Source of the DNA: a virus
Lineage: Duplodnaviria > Caudoviricetes
IMG/VR virus record: IMGVR_UViG_3300010371_000039
Span: 1 to 63,300 of that record
Length of the DNA: 63,300 bases
Direction: 5' to 3' (one strand)
A model generated the notes under the pieces. It searched no databases, was not told the DNA's origin, and saw only the letters and a program-made list of their open reading frames with translations. Shown here one piece after another: positions 1 through 8,945 of this stretch (the stretch's first letter is position 1; every line of letters starts with the position of its first letter). Position numbers and translations under genes: made by a program.

Positions 1-1452
1 CTCGAGGCGGTCGCCTGTCGTGACGTCGAGCTTCTCCCACGCGGCATGCAGCCGCTCGGCGGGCGTCTGCATGACCGTCGCGAACTGCCCGGCGAGCTGC
101 GACTGCGATCCCTTGGCGTTGAGCAGCGGATCCATCTCGGCGTGCACCGCTGCCAGGCCCTTGGCTCCTCCTCCGGCCGCGTTGAAGATGGGCGCCAGGC
201 GCTGGAAGGCTTTCACGCCGCGCGCGCCGAAGACCTCGGAGAGCTGCCCGAGGTTGCCACCGGTGCCCATGAGGGCCGCCTCGATGAGCTTCTCCGGACC
301 GCCCTTGATGAGACCCGTCTTGGAGTCCACAGCGCCCCGCAGCCATGCCGGCGCATCGCGCTTGCCCGCCTTGGACACGGCCTCAGTGCCGAGGTCCTTG
401 ACCGCAATGGCGGCTTCTTCCGCGCTTGAGCCCTCTGTCCGTGTCACCTGCGCCAGCGCCAGGAGCTTGCGCTGGTTGTCCGTCACGCTGCCCTGGTAGA
501 GGCCGCGGGTGGAACCGAGGCTTCCAGAGAGAGATGCCAGGTCGGAGATCTCCACGGCGCCCTGCTTGCCCTGCTCCATCAGGTCGAGCAGCATCTGCTG
601 CATGTCCTTCTGGCTCAGTCCCTTGTTTTGGGCCTGAAGGATGCCGGCGGCGCCGGTGATCGATTGCAGATCGGTGCCCGTCGCCTTCGAGAGCTGGGCG
701 AAGAAGCCCATGTTGCCCATCGCCGATCCGAACTTGTCGGCGCCGGCGCGCGCGACATACGTCCTCACCGCGTCGATGAGCTCCCCCTTGTCGACGCCCG
801 TTTCCTTGGAGACCTGCCCCGCTTCGGCCAGTACGCGCCGCGTGTCGTAGCCCGCCGGGCCCTGGCCACCTACGGTCGCGGAGTTGAGCAAGAGGGCTGC
901 GCTCTTCTCGGAAGAGAGCTGTTTGCCCGCGATGTCGGCGAGCGCGAAGCCGCCGCCGATCGAGAGTGCCGTCCCGGCCATGCCGGCCATGCTGCCGAGC
1001 GAACTGCCGACGCGGCCGGCGTGAGCGCCCATGGCGCGGGCGGCGCGCTCACGAGCCGTGATCTCGGCGCGGGCCTCCTGCTCGGCATAGCGCCCGGCCA
1101 TCTCGGCGGAGCGCTGTCGAACGCGCATCTTGTACTGTTCGATCTTCTCGAACTCTCGGGCGGAACGCTCGCGCTCCTTGCGCTCCTCGTTGGCGATCCG
1201 TTTGGCCGTCTGCGACTCCTCGCGCTCGTGCTGGCGCTCCCAGCGCTCCGTCTCCTTGACGAGCTTCTGGTAGGCCCGCTCGCGCTGCGTCGCCTCGTCC
1301 TCGGCGGCCTTGACGCGAGTTCGGCTCGCGTCGCGTACCGCGCGCGTCCCCGCTGCCTCGTTCTTCTCGATCCTCTTGATGATCGAGTCGAACGCGCGGT
1401 CGACCTCCTGGACGCCACCGACCGCGAAGCGGACTACGACCGGATCGATCAA
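1..1452 (-). CDS. Tape measure protein (runs off left edge)
   Basis: Open frame from TTG at 1452 (MIDPVVVRFAVGGVQEVDRAFDSIIKRIEKNE...) to the edge; coiled-coil then Ala/Gly-rich helical sequence; follows sheath-tube-chaperone. Missing from the ORF track because there is no stop in the window. Confidence 0.85.
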   Translation of the reverse strand, partial: MIDPVVVRFAVGGVQEVDRAFDSIIKRIEKNEAAGTRAVRDASRTRVKAAEDEATQRERAYQKLVKETERWERQHEREESQTAKRIANEERKERERSAREFEKIEQYKMRVRQRSAEMAGRYAEQEARAEITARERAARAMGAHAGRVGSSLGSMAGMAGTALSIGGGFALADIAGKQLSSEKSAALLLNSATVGGQGPAGYDTRRVLAEAGQVSKETGVDKGELIDAVRTYVARAGADKFGSAMGNMGFFAQLSKATGTDLQSITGAAGILQAQNKGLSQKDMQQMLLDLMEQGKQGAVEISDLASLSGSLGSTRGLYQGSVTDNQRKLLALAQVTRTEGSSAEEAAIAVKDLGTEAVSKAGKRDAPAWLRGAVDSKTGLIKGGPEKLIEAALMGTGGNLGQLSEVFGARGVKAFQRLAPIFNAAGGGAKGLAAVHAEMDPLLNAKGSQSQLAGQFATVMQTPAERLHAAWEKLDVTTGDRLE

Positions 1453-1454
1453 GA

Positions 1455-2171
1455 CTACTCCGGCACTCGTACGGCCTCGTCACCGAGTCGGCCGCTGGGC
1501 GACGTCACGCTTTCTCCGTCGCTGCTCATCTCGGGCGACGACGCGGCGCGATGCGAGCCAGAGGAGCCACTGCCCTCCGGTGACCTGCGCCGGCGTGACA
1601 CCGAATGCATCAGCAGCCGATTCCGAGCTTCCGACGAGAGCAGCGCTAAAGGGACGGAGCTGCCGCCCTCCTCAAGACGGCGGAGCCACGCATCCATCGT
1701 CGACTCGTCCATCTCCGAGAGGAGCGGCCCGCTCTCCGATTGCCACAGGCAATAGGCCTCGAAGAGCGCAGACCACTCGTCGCTCGTGACGACCTTCTTG
1801 GCGTATGCCGGGTTGGGGAAAAACGGCAGCCGCACGTCCCGCGGGTCTCGCGCCGCGCGGCAGACGCACTCGACCACGAGCTCGTTGCGGTAGATCTCCT
1901 CGTAACCTGCGCTTCCGCGCTTGGCCGGTTCGACGACCTGCACGTCAGGCTTGCGGCCCTTGGCCAGCAACTCCTGGGCGTAGAGCTCCGCCGAGGCTCG
2001 CGCCGCCTGCAGCTCACCCTCGGTGAGCACCCAGATCTTCATCTGGATGTCGACCATCTCGCCCGTCTTTGGGTCCTTGCGCGGATAGCCGAAGTCCGTC
2101 GTGGGCCTTGGCATCTCGGCGAGACGCCGAAAAAGCTCTCCGGCTTCGACGTTGGTAGGGGGCTGATTCAC
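1455..2171 (-). CDS. Probable tail assembly chaperone
   Basis: Position between tail tube and tape measure. Confidence 0.6.
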   Translation of the reverse strand: MNQPPTNVEAGELFRRLAEMPRPTTDFGYPRKDPKTGEMVDIQMKIWVLTEGELQAARASAELYAQELLAKGRKPDVQVVEPAKRGSAGYEEIYRNELVVECVCRAARDPRDVRLPFFPNPAYAKKVVTSDEWSALFEAYCLWQSESGPLLSEMDESTMDAWLRRLEEGGSSVPLALLSSEARNRLLMHSVSRRRRSPEGSGSSGSHRAASSPEMSSDGESVTSPSGRLGDEAVRVPE

Positions 2172-2191
2172 GAGGTGTCCTCAGGAAGGCC

Positions 2192-2227
2192 AAAAGCCCG
2201 CACGCGATCGGAGTCGCGGCGGGCTTC
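2192..2227 (-). terminator. Rho-independent terminator after tail tube gene
   Basis: AAGCCCGC...GCGGGCTT stem with inner CGCGA/TCGCG pairing, followed by TTTT on the minus strand. Confidence 0.65.
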
Positions 2228-2248
2228 TGGTAGGCGCGTGGGAGTCTC

Positions 2249-2629
2249 TCAGGTCCAGAGCGTGTACTTGCCCCGCGCACGGAAGGTGTATTCGGCGGCC
2301 TGGTTGGCGCCGTGTCGGATCGAATCCGAGATGATGAAGCAGTCGCCCTTGAGGGTCTTGCCCCCCGGTCCCAGCGTGTAGAGCTGGGCGGGCAACAGGG
2401 CCGCCATCGTCGGACCGGCGTCGAACTCGATGCCCGTCGCAGGTACCGCAGAGACGACCGTCACCTCCGTCATGCCGGCGCCGGGACTCTCGCCCGAGTA
2501 GCCACCGGGCACCGTGTTGATCGCCTGGCTGTTGGTCGTTCGGTCGATGGTGACGTTCTGCTCTTCGGCGAGCAACGCCCCATTGGCCGTAACGAAGAGC
2601 AGCGTGTAGACGCTGAGGTTTCCGGACAC
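2249..2629 (-). CDS. Tail tube protein (Mu-like)
   Basis: 126 aa beta-rich protein directly after the sheath. Confidence 0.75.
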   Translation of the reverse strand: MSGNLSVYTLLFVTANGALLAEEQNVTIDRTTNSQAINTVPGGYSGESPGAGMTEVTVVSAVPATGIEFDAGPTMAALLPAQLYTLGPGGKTLKGDCFIISDSIRHGANQAAEYTFRARGKYTLWT

Positions 2630-2672
2630 CGCGACCTCCTATTGAGTCGTGAATGGGCCTGGCGCGCAGCGG

Positions 2673-4262
2673 TCAGGCGACCTGCTGAATGAGCGCCTGG
2701 AACTGGTCTGCGATGTTGACCGGCTGCGCGCCGATGAGCGCCGACATCCGCGTTGGCGGATTGGTCTCCGCCTGCACGATTATGTTCGCGTTGATCTGGT
2801 CTCCTCCCCGCGTGCCGGGAGGCGATCCCGCCTGCGCCGTCCACTGACCGGCGCGGTCGTAGCGGGTGACCAGGCCCTTGAGGGCGCTCGCCCAGATCGA
2901 CGGCGTGGTGGCCGTCGGAGGAAGCGCGTTCTGGGACTGCTGGTTGGTCGGCAGGTCCGGCAGCAGGTCCTTGCCACCAAACTGCAGCTGCGTGATCGCC
3001 TGCACGTCGTCGGCGAAGTAGTCGCAGATCGTGACCTTGTGCGCGTCGCGGATCCTGTAGTCGTTGACCGATCCGTTGAGCGAGTAGGTCGTGCAGCGCT
3101 TGACGAGTTGCGTGGCGCCGGTGCCCAGGATGGTCCAGGGCGTGATGCCGCTGTTGAGTAGCGACGTGATGGTCGCCGGCGTGGGCGCTCCGCCGACGCC
3201 ATTGCGGCTCGCAGGCACGAGGCCCGAGTTCCAGTAGTTGGTGTCGTTCTGGTTGGCGGGGAAGAGCGAGAAGTTCTTCCGATTGACGCCGACCGAGGCG
3301 CCGGCTTCGAGGAGCAGGTAGAGCGCCGCCGAGAACGCGGCACCTTCGCTCGGCTGCCAGTCGACGGCGCCGGCCATGTAGATCTGCTCGCAGCGAGCGG
3401 CGTTTAGGCCCGTGGCGCTCGTGATGGCGTTCGCCGTCGTGTCCATGAAGCCGTAGAGGACACGCTGCCGGATGCCCGTCGTGGGCTGCGCTTGGCTGTT
3501 GACCTGCGTGACGACGCGACCGACGTTGGTCGAATCGCTGTCGCCGCAGGCGATGTAGTAGTAGCGACTGGCCGCAATCGTCGCGAGCGCGTTGGTGTAG
3601 TTGTCGGCCGTCGCGCCGCTCGACAGAAACGTGTTCGCGGTAAGCGACGTGGTCGTGCCGATGGTGCCGGTGCCCGGCGTGATGAGGCTCTGGACTCGGA
3701 TCCAGTTGCCCTCGGGGCCCTTGATCTTCGCCGTGACGGTGACAACTCCAGCGACGTTCGCAGCAGTGACCGGCCAGCGCGTCTGCGTGTTGATGCTCGC
3801 TACGACGGCGGCACCGATCTGCGTCACCGTCTGGCCCGTCGTGATGGCCGTGTCGACGAACTGGTCGTTGCACCAGAATCGAAGGTTGCCGTTGCTCGTC
3901 GCCGTCGTGGCGATCGTCATCGTCGCCGAGGCGGCGGTGCCGGCGCTTGCCGCCGCCGCGATGAAATAGAGCGGCGTCGTGCGGTTGATCGACGTGAAAC
4001 GCAGGAACATACGGTGAAGCTGGCTGCCGGCGCCAAAGAGGCTGATGACGTCCGATTCGGTCTGGCAGGTGATCGCGGTGTCGGGACCGTAGACGACGGT
4101 GTCGGCCGTCGCGGTGCCGGCCGTGGTCATGTTGCCGATGAGAAGGCAGCTCCGGATGCCGCCGTAGCCGGACGCGGGGCCAGCCGCAAAGTCCACTTCG
4201 ATGTAGACGCCGGGGTTGGGGTAGTTCGCGGCGACGCCGACGAGGTTGATGGCGGCACTCAT
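2673..4262 (-). CDS. Tail sheath protein (Mu gpL-like)
   Basis: 529 aa; PGVYIEVD N-terminal motif, LFGAGSQLHRM, VTVTAKIKGPEGN, LLNSGITP. Confidence 0.9.
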   Translation of the reverse strand: MSAAINLVGVAANYPNPGVYIEVDFAAGPASGYGGIRSCLLIGNMTTAGTATADTVVYGPDTAITCQTESDVISLFGAGSQLHRMFLRFTSINRTTPLYFIAAAASAGTAASATMTIATTATSNGNLRFWCNDQFVDTAITTGQTVTQIGAAVVASINTQTRWPVTAANVAGVVTVTAKIKGPEGNWIRVQSLITPGTGTIGTTTSLTANTFLSSGATADNYTNALATIAASRYYYIACGDSDSTNVGRVVTQVNSQAQPTTGIRQRVLYGFMDTTANAITSATGLNAARCEQIYMAGAVDWQPSEGAAFSAALYLLLEAGASVGVNRKNFSLFPANQNDTNYWNSGLVPASRNGVGGAPTPATITSLLNSGITPWTILGTGATQLVKRCTTYSLNGSVNDYRIRDAHKVTICDYFADDVQAITQLQFGGKDLLPDLPTNQQSQNALPPTATTPSIWASALKGLVTRYDRAGQWTAQAGSPPGTRGGDQINANIIVQAETNPPTRMSALIGAQPVNIADQFQALIQQVA

Positions 4263-4266
4263 CGTC

Positions 4267-4737
4267 TCAGCCCTTCATCGCGGCCTTGGGGGCCGACATG
4301 GGTGCGGGTTGCGAGGGCAGCGGCTGCGCGGACACCGCGCGCGCTTCATCGAGCGCCAGCTTCTGAGAAGCCTTCGCCTCGTCCGAGTGCTCGCCGCCGA
4401 ACGTCGGATCGAACTTCTGTCCGACCATCTGCGCCGTGTACTCGTCAGCCGGCCAGAGGTCGCGATCGCGCAGGTGGCGGATGTATTCGCTGCGGTTCGG
4501 GTCGGCCGACGAGATGACGATGACGTCATCGGTCGCGGCGCCGAGCTTTTTCACGAAGGCGCCGTGATTGCGCACCTCACCGGTCTTGCGGCCCAGTTCG
4601 TCGCGTACCTCGACCTTCGGTCCGAGGGAGGCATCGAACGAATAGCCGTGGAAGCGGCGGATGCCTCCCGCCTGCGCGGCGTAATCGGGCACCATGCCGG
4701 TGCCTCGAGCGAGGAACTTGAGCGGCGGATCGGCCAT
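4267..4737 (-). CDS. Hypothetical protein upstream of sheath
   Basis: Good codon usage, GGAG RBS, abuts sheath start. Confidence 0.6.
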   Translation of the reverse strand: MADPPLKFLARGTGMVPDYAAQAGGIRRFHGYSFDASLGPKVEVRDELGRKTGEVRNHGAFVKKLGAATDDVIVISSADPNRSEYIRHLRDRDLWPADEYTAQMVGQKFDPTFGGEHSDEAKASQKLALDEARAVSAQPLPSQPAPMSAPKAAMKG

Positions 4738-4805
4738 GGGATGGAACTCTCCGTCGTCCACGCATCGAGGCGCGGACCGGTCGTGCGGTGTTTTTGGTGG
4801 GCGAG

Positions 4806-5348
4806 CTACGCGAGGCCGGTGGCCAACGCGTTCACTTCGCGAGAGCGAAGCTTGTCGAGCTTTTTGAGAAAGAGCTTCCGTTTGACGGGGCTCATTCGAT
4901 CGATGAGCAAGCGGCCTTGCAGGTGGTCAACCTCGTGGGCCGCGGCGCGCGCGCCGTCTCCCTCGAGGGCCATCTCGAACTCTTTGCCAGCCGGGTTCTT
5001 GCCACGAAGGATCACGAAGTCGGGCGCCGTGATGGCCTCCGGAATTGAGTCGAAGGACAGGCATGCCTCCATGCCGATCGCGGACTTCCCGCTATGGGAG
5101 ATCTCCGGATTGCACACGACGCCGTAGCGCCCGGGGCCTGCGGCCAACACGAAGATCGACCACGGCTCTCCGCCAGGTCGCTCATCGACCTGCGTCGATG
5201 CCAGGCCAGAGCCTCCGGCCCGGATCATCGTCGCTCCGAGTTCACGACAGAAGGCCTCGATGGCTTCGCTCCCAAACTCGTCGTCGCGCACCGGGCGCGC
5301 CTTGAGGCGCAGGAGCTGCGCGTCGTACGGGTATCGCAGGATTCTCAA
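4806..5348 (-). CDS. def: Peptide deformylase
   Basis: Three PDF motifs GSGLASTQ, EACLS, HEVDH; C-terminal basic helix SPVKRKLFLKKL; TTG start after GAGG. Confidence 0.92.
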   Translation of the reverse strand: MRILRYPYDAQLLRLKARPVRDDEFGSEAIEAFCRELGATMIRAGGSGLASTQVDERPGGEPWSIFVLAAGPGRYGVVCNPEISHSGKSAIGMEACLSFDSIPEAITAPDFVILRGKNPAGKEFEMALEGDGARAAAHEVDHLQGRLLIDRMSPVKRKLFLKKLDKLRSREVNALATGLA

Positions 5349-5358
5349 GCGCGCCTCG

Positions 5359-6402
5359 TCAGGTGTACGTGAACGCGTTCGCGAGAGATCCGCTCTGTCC
5401 ATCCGGGTTGACCACCGTGACCCCGAGCGCTGCGCTGCTGGCGCCCGATACTGCGGGCGTCGCGCACGTGATCGACGTCGACGATACCCACACGACGTTT
5501 GTCGCGAGCGTCCCGCCAAAGAGCACCGCTGGGCCCTGCGGCTGCGTGCCTGGTCCATGAATGAAGCCGGTGCCCGTGACCGTGACGCTGGTGCCTCCCG
5601 CGTGGGGGCCGCTCGTGGTCGACAGGGAGGAGACGGTCGGAGCGGGCTGCGTGCCGACCTGCACGAAGGGATGAATGCGCGTCCCGTCGGGAGCGACGAG
5701 ATCCACCGTGACGTCGACGCCCGTGAGCGTGTTGCCGTCGGAGACGTAGAAGTCTCGCTCCACCAAGTAGCCGCTCATTCGAAGCGTCGGAAAGAGCTGG
5801 TTGCCGACTCCCTCCAGGTTGCCGTACTCGACGTGTTCGGCCGGGTCCCGGTAGGGGTCTCCGAAGCCGGCCGCCTCACACCCCGACAGGCCACCCGTCG
5901 GCGTCGCGATGGCCTGCCCGAGCGAGCCGCCGGGCGGCGTGTAGCCCGGATCGAAGCTCTGGGTGGTCTTGTACCGGATCGCCTGCGCCACCGCGTTGAG
6001 CAGCGGCAGCAGTTGCCTGGCCTGGCCCGCGGTCAGCGGCGGCAGCGAGTAGACCAGCTCGAAGAGCCCTCGGTCGTGGCTCCATCCGGACGTCTCGCGG
6101 CCAGTCATCCCGCGTCGCCGGAAGGCGCAGAGCAGCGGGAACTCGAACTGGTTCTCTTTGAGAAACGGCGTCGGATCGTATGGGTACTTCTGCGCGACCG
6201 CGCTGGCGATCGATACGCCTGCCGCTGCGGCCGCCTGAAGGAGCCGTGGGCCGGGGTACGTTCGGATGACGTACGTCCAGAAGTCCAGGTAGTAGTAGAG
6301 CGCCGGATCGGCATCCAGAAGGATGTCGTTGCCGCTCGTCGTGGATATGGGCTGCGTGACCGCGCCGACGCGGAACTGCGTATACGGGCTCGGCGACGGC
6401 AC
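5359..6402 (-). CDS. Neck/tail-completion-position protein with C-terminal IPT/TIG (Ig-like) domain
   Basis: PTVSSLSTTSGPHAGGTSVTVTGTGF...VLFGG...SSTSITCATP...VTVVNPDG...FTY is a typical IPT/TIG pattern; GTG start after GAGGAG. Confidence 0.75.
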   Translation of the reverse strand: MPSPSPYTQFRVGAVTQPISTTSGNDILLDADPALYYYLDFWTYVIRTYPGPRLLQAAAAAGVSIASAVAQKYPYDPTPFLKENQFEFPLLCAFRRRGMTGRETSGWSHDRGLFELVYSLPPLTAGQARQLLPLLNAVAQAIRYKTTQSFDPGYTPPGGSLGQAIATPTGGLSGCEAAGFGDPYRDPAEHVEYGNLEGVGNQLFPTLRMSGYLVERDFYVSDGNTLTGVDVTVDLVAPDGTRIHPFVQVGTQPAPTVSSLSTTSGPHAGGTSVTVTGTGFIHGPGTQPQGPAVLFGGTLATNVVWVSSTSITCATPAVSGASSAALGVTVVNPDGQSGSLANAFTYT

Positions 6403-6407
6403 AGGCC

Positions 6408-6842
6408 TTAGACTCCTCGGATCGCGGCGTCGATAAAGAGGTCGAGCGCATAGGCGAGCGCCTGCTCTCCACGTTCGCGCGCATGGCGCATGAAGGGCCG
6501 CTCGGAGGTTCCCGGATGCATGACGCTCCGCCGAAACACCATCTGTCCGTTGACGCGGAACGCGAGGGTGCCGGCATTGCGCGCGGCGATGATGTGCGGG
6601 CGCGTACCGTATTCGAGGAAGCGTGCCGCGCGACCGGCCTCGACCCACCCTCGCCCGGCAAACGTCTCCGATCGGATGCTCGCCCGTGTCCGCCCGGTTC
6701 GGTCCGTGAATAGGGTCGTGGACCGCGCGTCCGCTTCTGCCACTTTCACGGCCTGTCGCAGCGCCAGCGCAGCGGCTTGATGGATGCCGGCCTGCAAGAG
6801 TCGCAGGCTTTCCTTGGTCGCTCGTCCGTCGATCTTGATCAC
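6408..6842 (-). CDS. HK97 gp10-like neck protein
   Basis: DRTGRTRASI, FLEYGTRPH, HPGTSERPFM motifs. Confidence 0.85.
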   Translation of the reverse strand: MIKIDGRATKESLRLLQAGIHQAAALALRQAVKVAEADARSTTLFTDRTGRTRASIRSETFAGRGWVEAGRAARFLEYGTRPHIIAARNAGTLAFRVNGQMVFRRSVMHPGTSERPFMRHARERGEQALAYALDLFIDAAIRGV

Positions 6843-7201
6843 GGGCAAACGCTGAGCAACTCGCGGGCAAGCATGCCGCCCAGCGGCCGATCGATCGTGA
6901 CAGCGACGACTTCCACTCGCTGTCCGTCGACGACGTGGAGCACGCGCACACGAATGAACCGCGCGTCCTCCGGATGCGGTTCGATGATGAGCCTCGGCAT
7001 CAGCACGCCGAAGGCGATGCGCGCCTTGCACTCGTCGCACGTGTAGATGCTGGCCCTCGGATCGTCCGAGACGCCGTCCTCGTGGCCGCAGTCTGGGCAC
7101 TTGAGCGAGTGCTTTGCTGTTGCTCGTTCCGCCTCGACGCTTCCATCTAGGCGCGCAAGCGCGGCGTTAGTCATCGCCTCGAGCTGCGCGGCGTCCATCA
7201 C
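6839..7201 (-). CDS. Zn-ribbon protein
   Basis: CPDC...CDEC; coupled to neighbours by 4-nt overlaps. Confidence 0.6.
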   Translation of the reverse strand: MMDAAQLEAMTNAALARLDGSVEAERATAKHSLKCPDCGHEDGVSDDPRASIYTCDECKARIAFGVLMPRLIIEPHPEDARFIRVRVLHVVDGQRVEVVAVTIDRPLGGMLARELLSVCP

Positions 7202-7698
7202 GCCAGACGCCCCGTCGCTCGAAGAAACACGTACGTGTGAAGCGCCGTCGCCTCTTCCCCAACCTTCTCGCAGAGCGCTCCGGAAGGAGGGAAGCCGAAC
7301 GTGCCGTTGGTCGACGCCACGATCCAGAGCATCTCTATGGCGCTGTTCGTGGGCTGCGGGTCGACCGTCCCATCATCAAAGCCGCCGGACGCCAGCTGGA
7401 AGGCCGCTGGATACGGTGGCGTGATGGGGCCGACCTTGAGGTCGCGATCGGTAAAGCGGCCGCCCGACGCGATGGCCTCGCGCCGGGACACTTGCCGCAC
7501 GAGCACATTGACCTTGGTGCCGTCGGCCGCCTGGTTGGTGAGCACCGTGTCGGTGTCCGTCTTGGTGGACCCCGGCTCTCCGGGAAGTCCCGTCCAAACG
7601 CGCTGTCGTACGGTGACTGTGAAGACGCGCAGACCCAACGTGCCGCCGATCGCCCGGATGGTGTCGAGCGGCCGCAGGATCCCGGACTGAAAGCTCAT
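7198..7698 (-). CDS. Probable head closure/head-tail joining protein
   Basis: Position and size; beta-rich. Confidence 0.5.
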   Translation of the reverse strand: MSFQSGILRPLDTIRAIGGTLGLRVFTVTVRQRVWTGLPGEPGSTKTDTDTVLTNQAADGTKVNVLVRQVSRREAIASGGRFTDRDLKVGPITPPYPAAFQLASGGFDDGTVDPQPTNSAIEMLWIVASTNGTFGFPPSGALCEKVGEEATALHTYVFLRATGRLA

Positions 7699-7704
7699 CG
7701 CCGA

Positions 7705-8172
7705 CTACGGCCCGTACGCGACGATCGGCGCGCGGAAGTCGTAGCCGATGGTGGCCTGGTCGAATCCAGATCCGAGCGAGGGACCGGAGCCCGACCCGTA
7801 GACCACGCACCGGGACGGACGGCTGCCGCCTCGCACCGCCTCGGGAGCCGTGAAATACTTGGTCGACGTGGTGCCGCCGCTCGTGCCCAATCCGGTGACG
7901 AGAGCGACGTTGGCCGGGTTGTACGAGTCGACGACGTCCACCCAGGTGGCGTTGTCGTTGTCGAGCACCTGCCACTTGACGTTGAGCGCCAGGCCGTTGG
8001 TGAAGGCCGTCGCGCTCACGCGCGCAGTGAGCGCCTCACCCACGTTTTGGCTGTTGAGCGTCGAGCCGGCGAACATCGCAGGGCTCGAGCCGGTGACGAT
8101 CCCGGAGATGCCGCCGCTGCTCGAGTAGACGTTCTTCGAGACGTAGCTCGAAGGGAACTTGATGAGACCCAT
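7705..8172 (-). CDS. Ser/Thr/Gly-rich putative virion protein
   Basis: AAGGA RBS, position in the neck region. Confidence 0.55.
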   Translation of the reverse strand: MGLIKFPSSYVSKNVYSSSGGISGIVTGSSPAMFAGSTLNSQNVGEALTARVSATAFTNGLALNVKWQVLDNDNATWVDVVDSYNPANVALVTGLGTSGGTTSTKYFTAPEAVRGGSRPSRCVVYGSGSGPSLGSGFDQATIGYDFRAPIVAYGP

Positions 8173-8232
8173 GGTGTCCTTTGCGGGGCTCGCCCCCGCT
8201 CGCAGTGCCGAGCGTCTGCTCGGTCGAGAAAC

Positions 8233-8928
8233 TCAGAACGGCGCGAAACGCACGCCGCCACCCCCGGAGCCGCCGAGCTTCCCTCGCCTCTCCCAGAGGT
8301 TCGGTATCCCCAGCGCACTACAGAGGTCCTTGCGGGCCCAATCGCGCTGCTCCATCAGATCGTCGATGGTGCCGCGCTGCCCACGCTTGCCCCTCTGGGC
8401 CGCGAACAGACGCACCTCGTCGGCCTGCTGCACGCCCGCCACCGCCGGAGCGAAGTTCCGGAGCTGCGCGTTGATCGTGTTCAGGCGACCGAGGATGTCT
8501 CGGATGATCCACTCGCCACCCATGAGCACCACCGGGTAGCTGCCGCTCGACCCGTGCGCGTTTTGAAGCGCGACGGTGATCGACAGACCCGAGATGCTCT
8601 GAATGACGACGCCAAGTTCTTGGCTTGGCCCCACGTCGACGACGAGCGTGGACCCTTGCTGGAAGCTCAGGCCATAGACGTTGGTCGTAGGCCCGTTGCC
8701 GCCGTAGACGGCCGGGTTGCTCGCGAGAGTGAGGGCGGTCGCCGTGGGCGCCGATTGCGCGCTCACCGTCGTAGACGACGACGATCCGAAGTCGACGAGA
8801 TACGGCTCGATCGCCTGGTCGAAGACCGCGGCGTAGCCGTCGATGGTGTACAGTTCAGCGCCTACGCCGACGATGTTGTAGCCAGTCTCGTAGCGTAGGC
8901 GCTGGATCTCCTCCCACTTGAGCGCCAT
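8233..8928 (-). CDS. Probable head-tail adaptor
   Basis: MALKWEEIQRLRYETGY... immediately after the capsid gene; GAGG RBS. Confidence 0.6.
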   Translation of the reverse strand: MALKWEEIQRLRYETGYNIVGVGAELYTIDGYAAVFDQAIEPYLVDFGSSSSTTVSAQSAPTATALTLASNPAVYGGNGPTTNVYGLSFQQGSTLVVDVGPSQELGVVIQSISGLSITVALQNAHGSSGSYPVVLMGGEWIIRDILGRLNTINAQLRNFAPAVAGVQQADEVRLFAAQRGKRGQRGTIDDLMEQRDWARKDLCSALGIPNLWERRGKLGGSGGGGVRFAPF

Positions 8929-8945
8929 GGCGCGGCGCCTCGGAC

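Noticed and set aside
1455-2171. Programmed frameshift in tail chaperone
   Set aside because: Single ORF fills the tube-to-tape-measure interval; no clear slippery heptamer needed or seen
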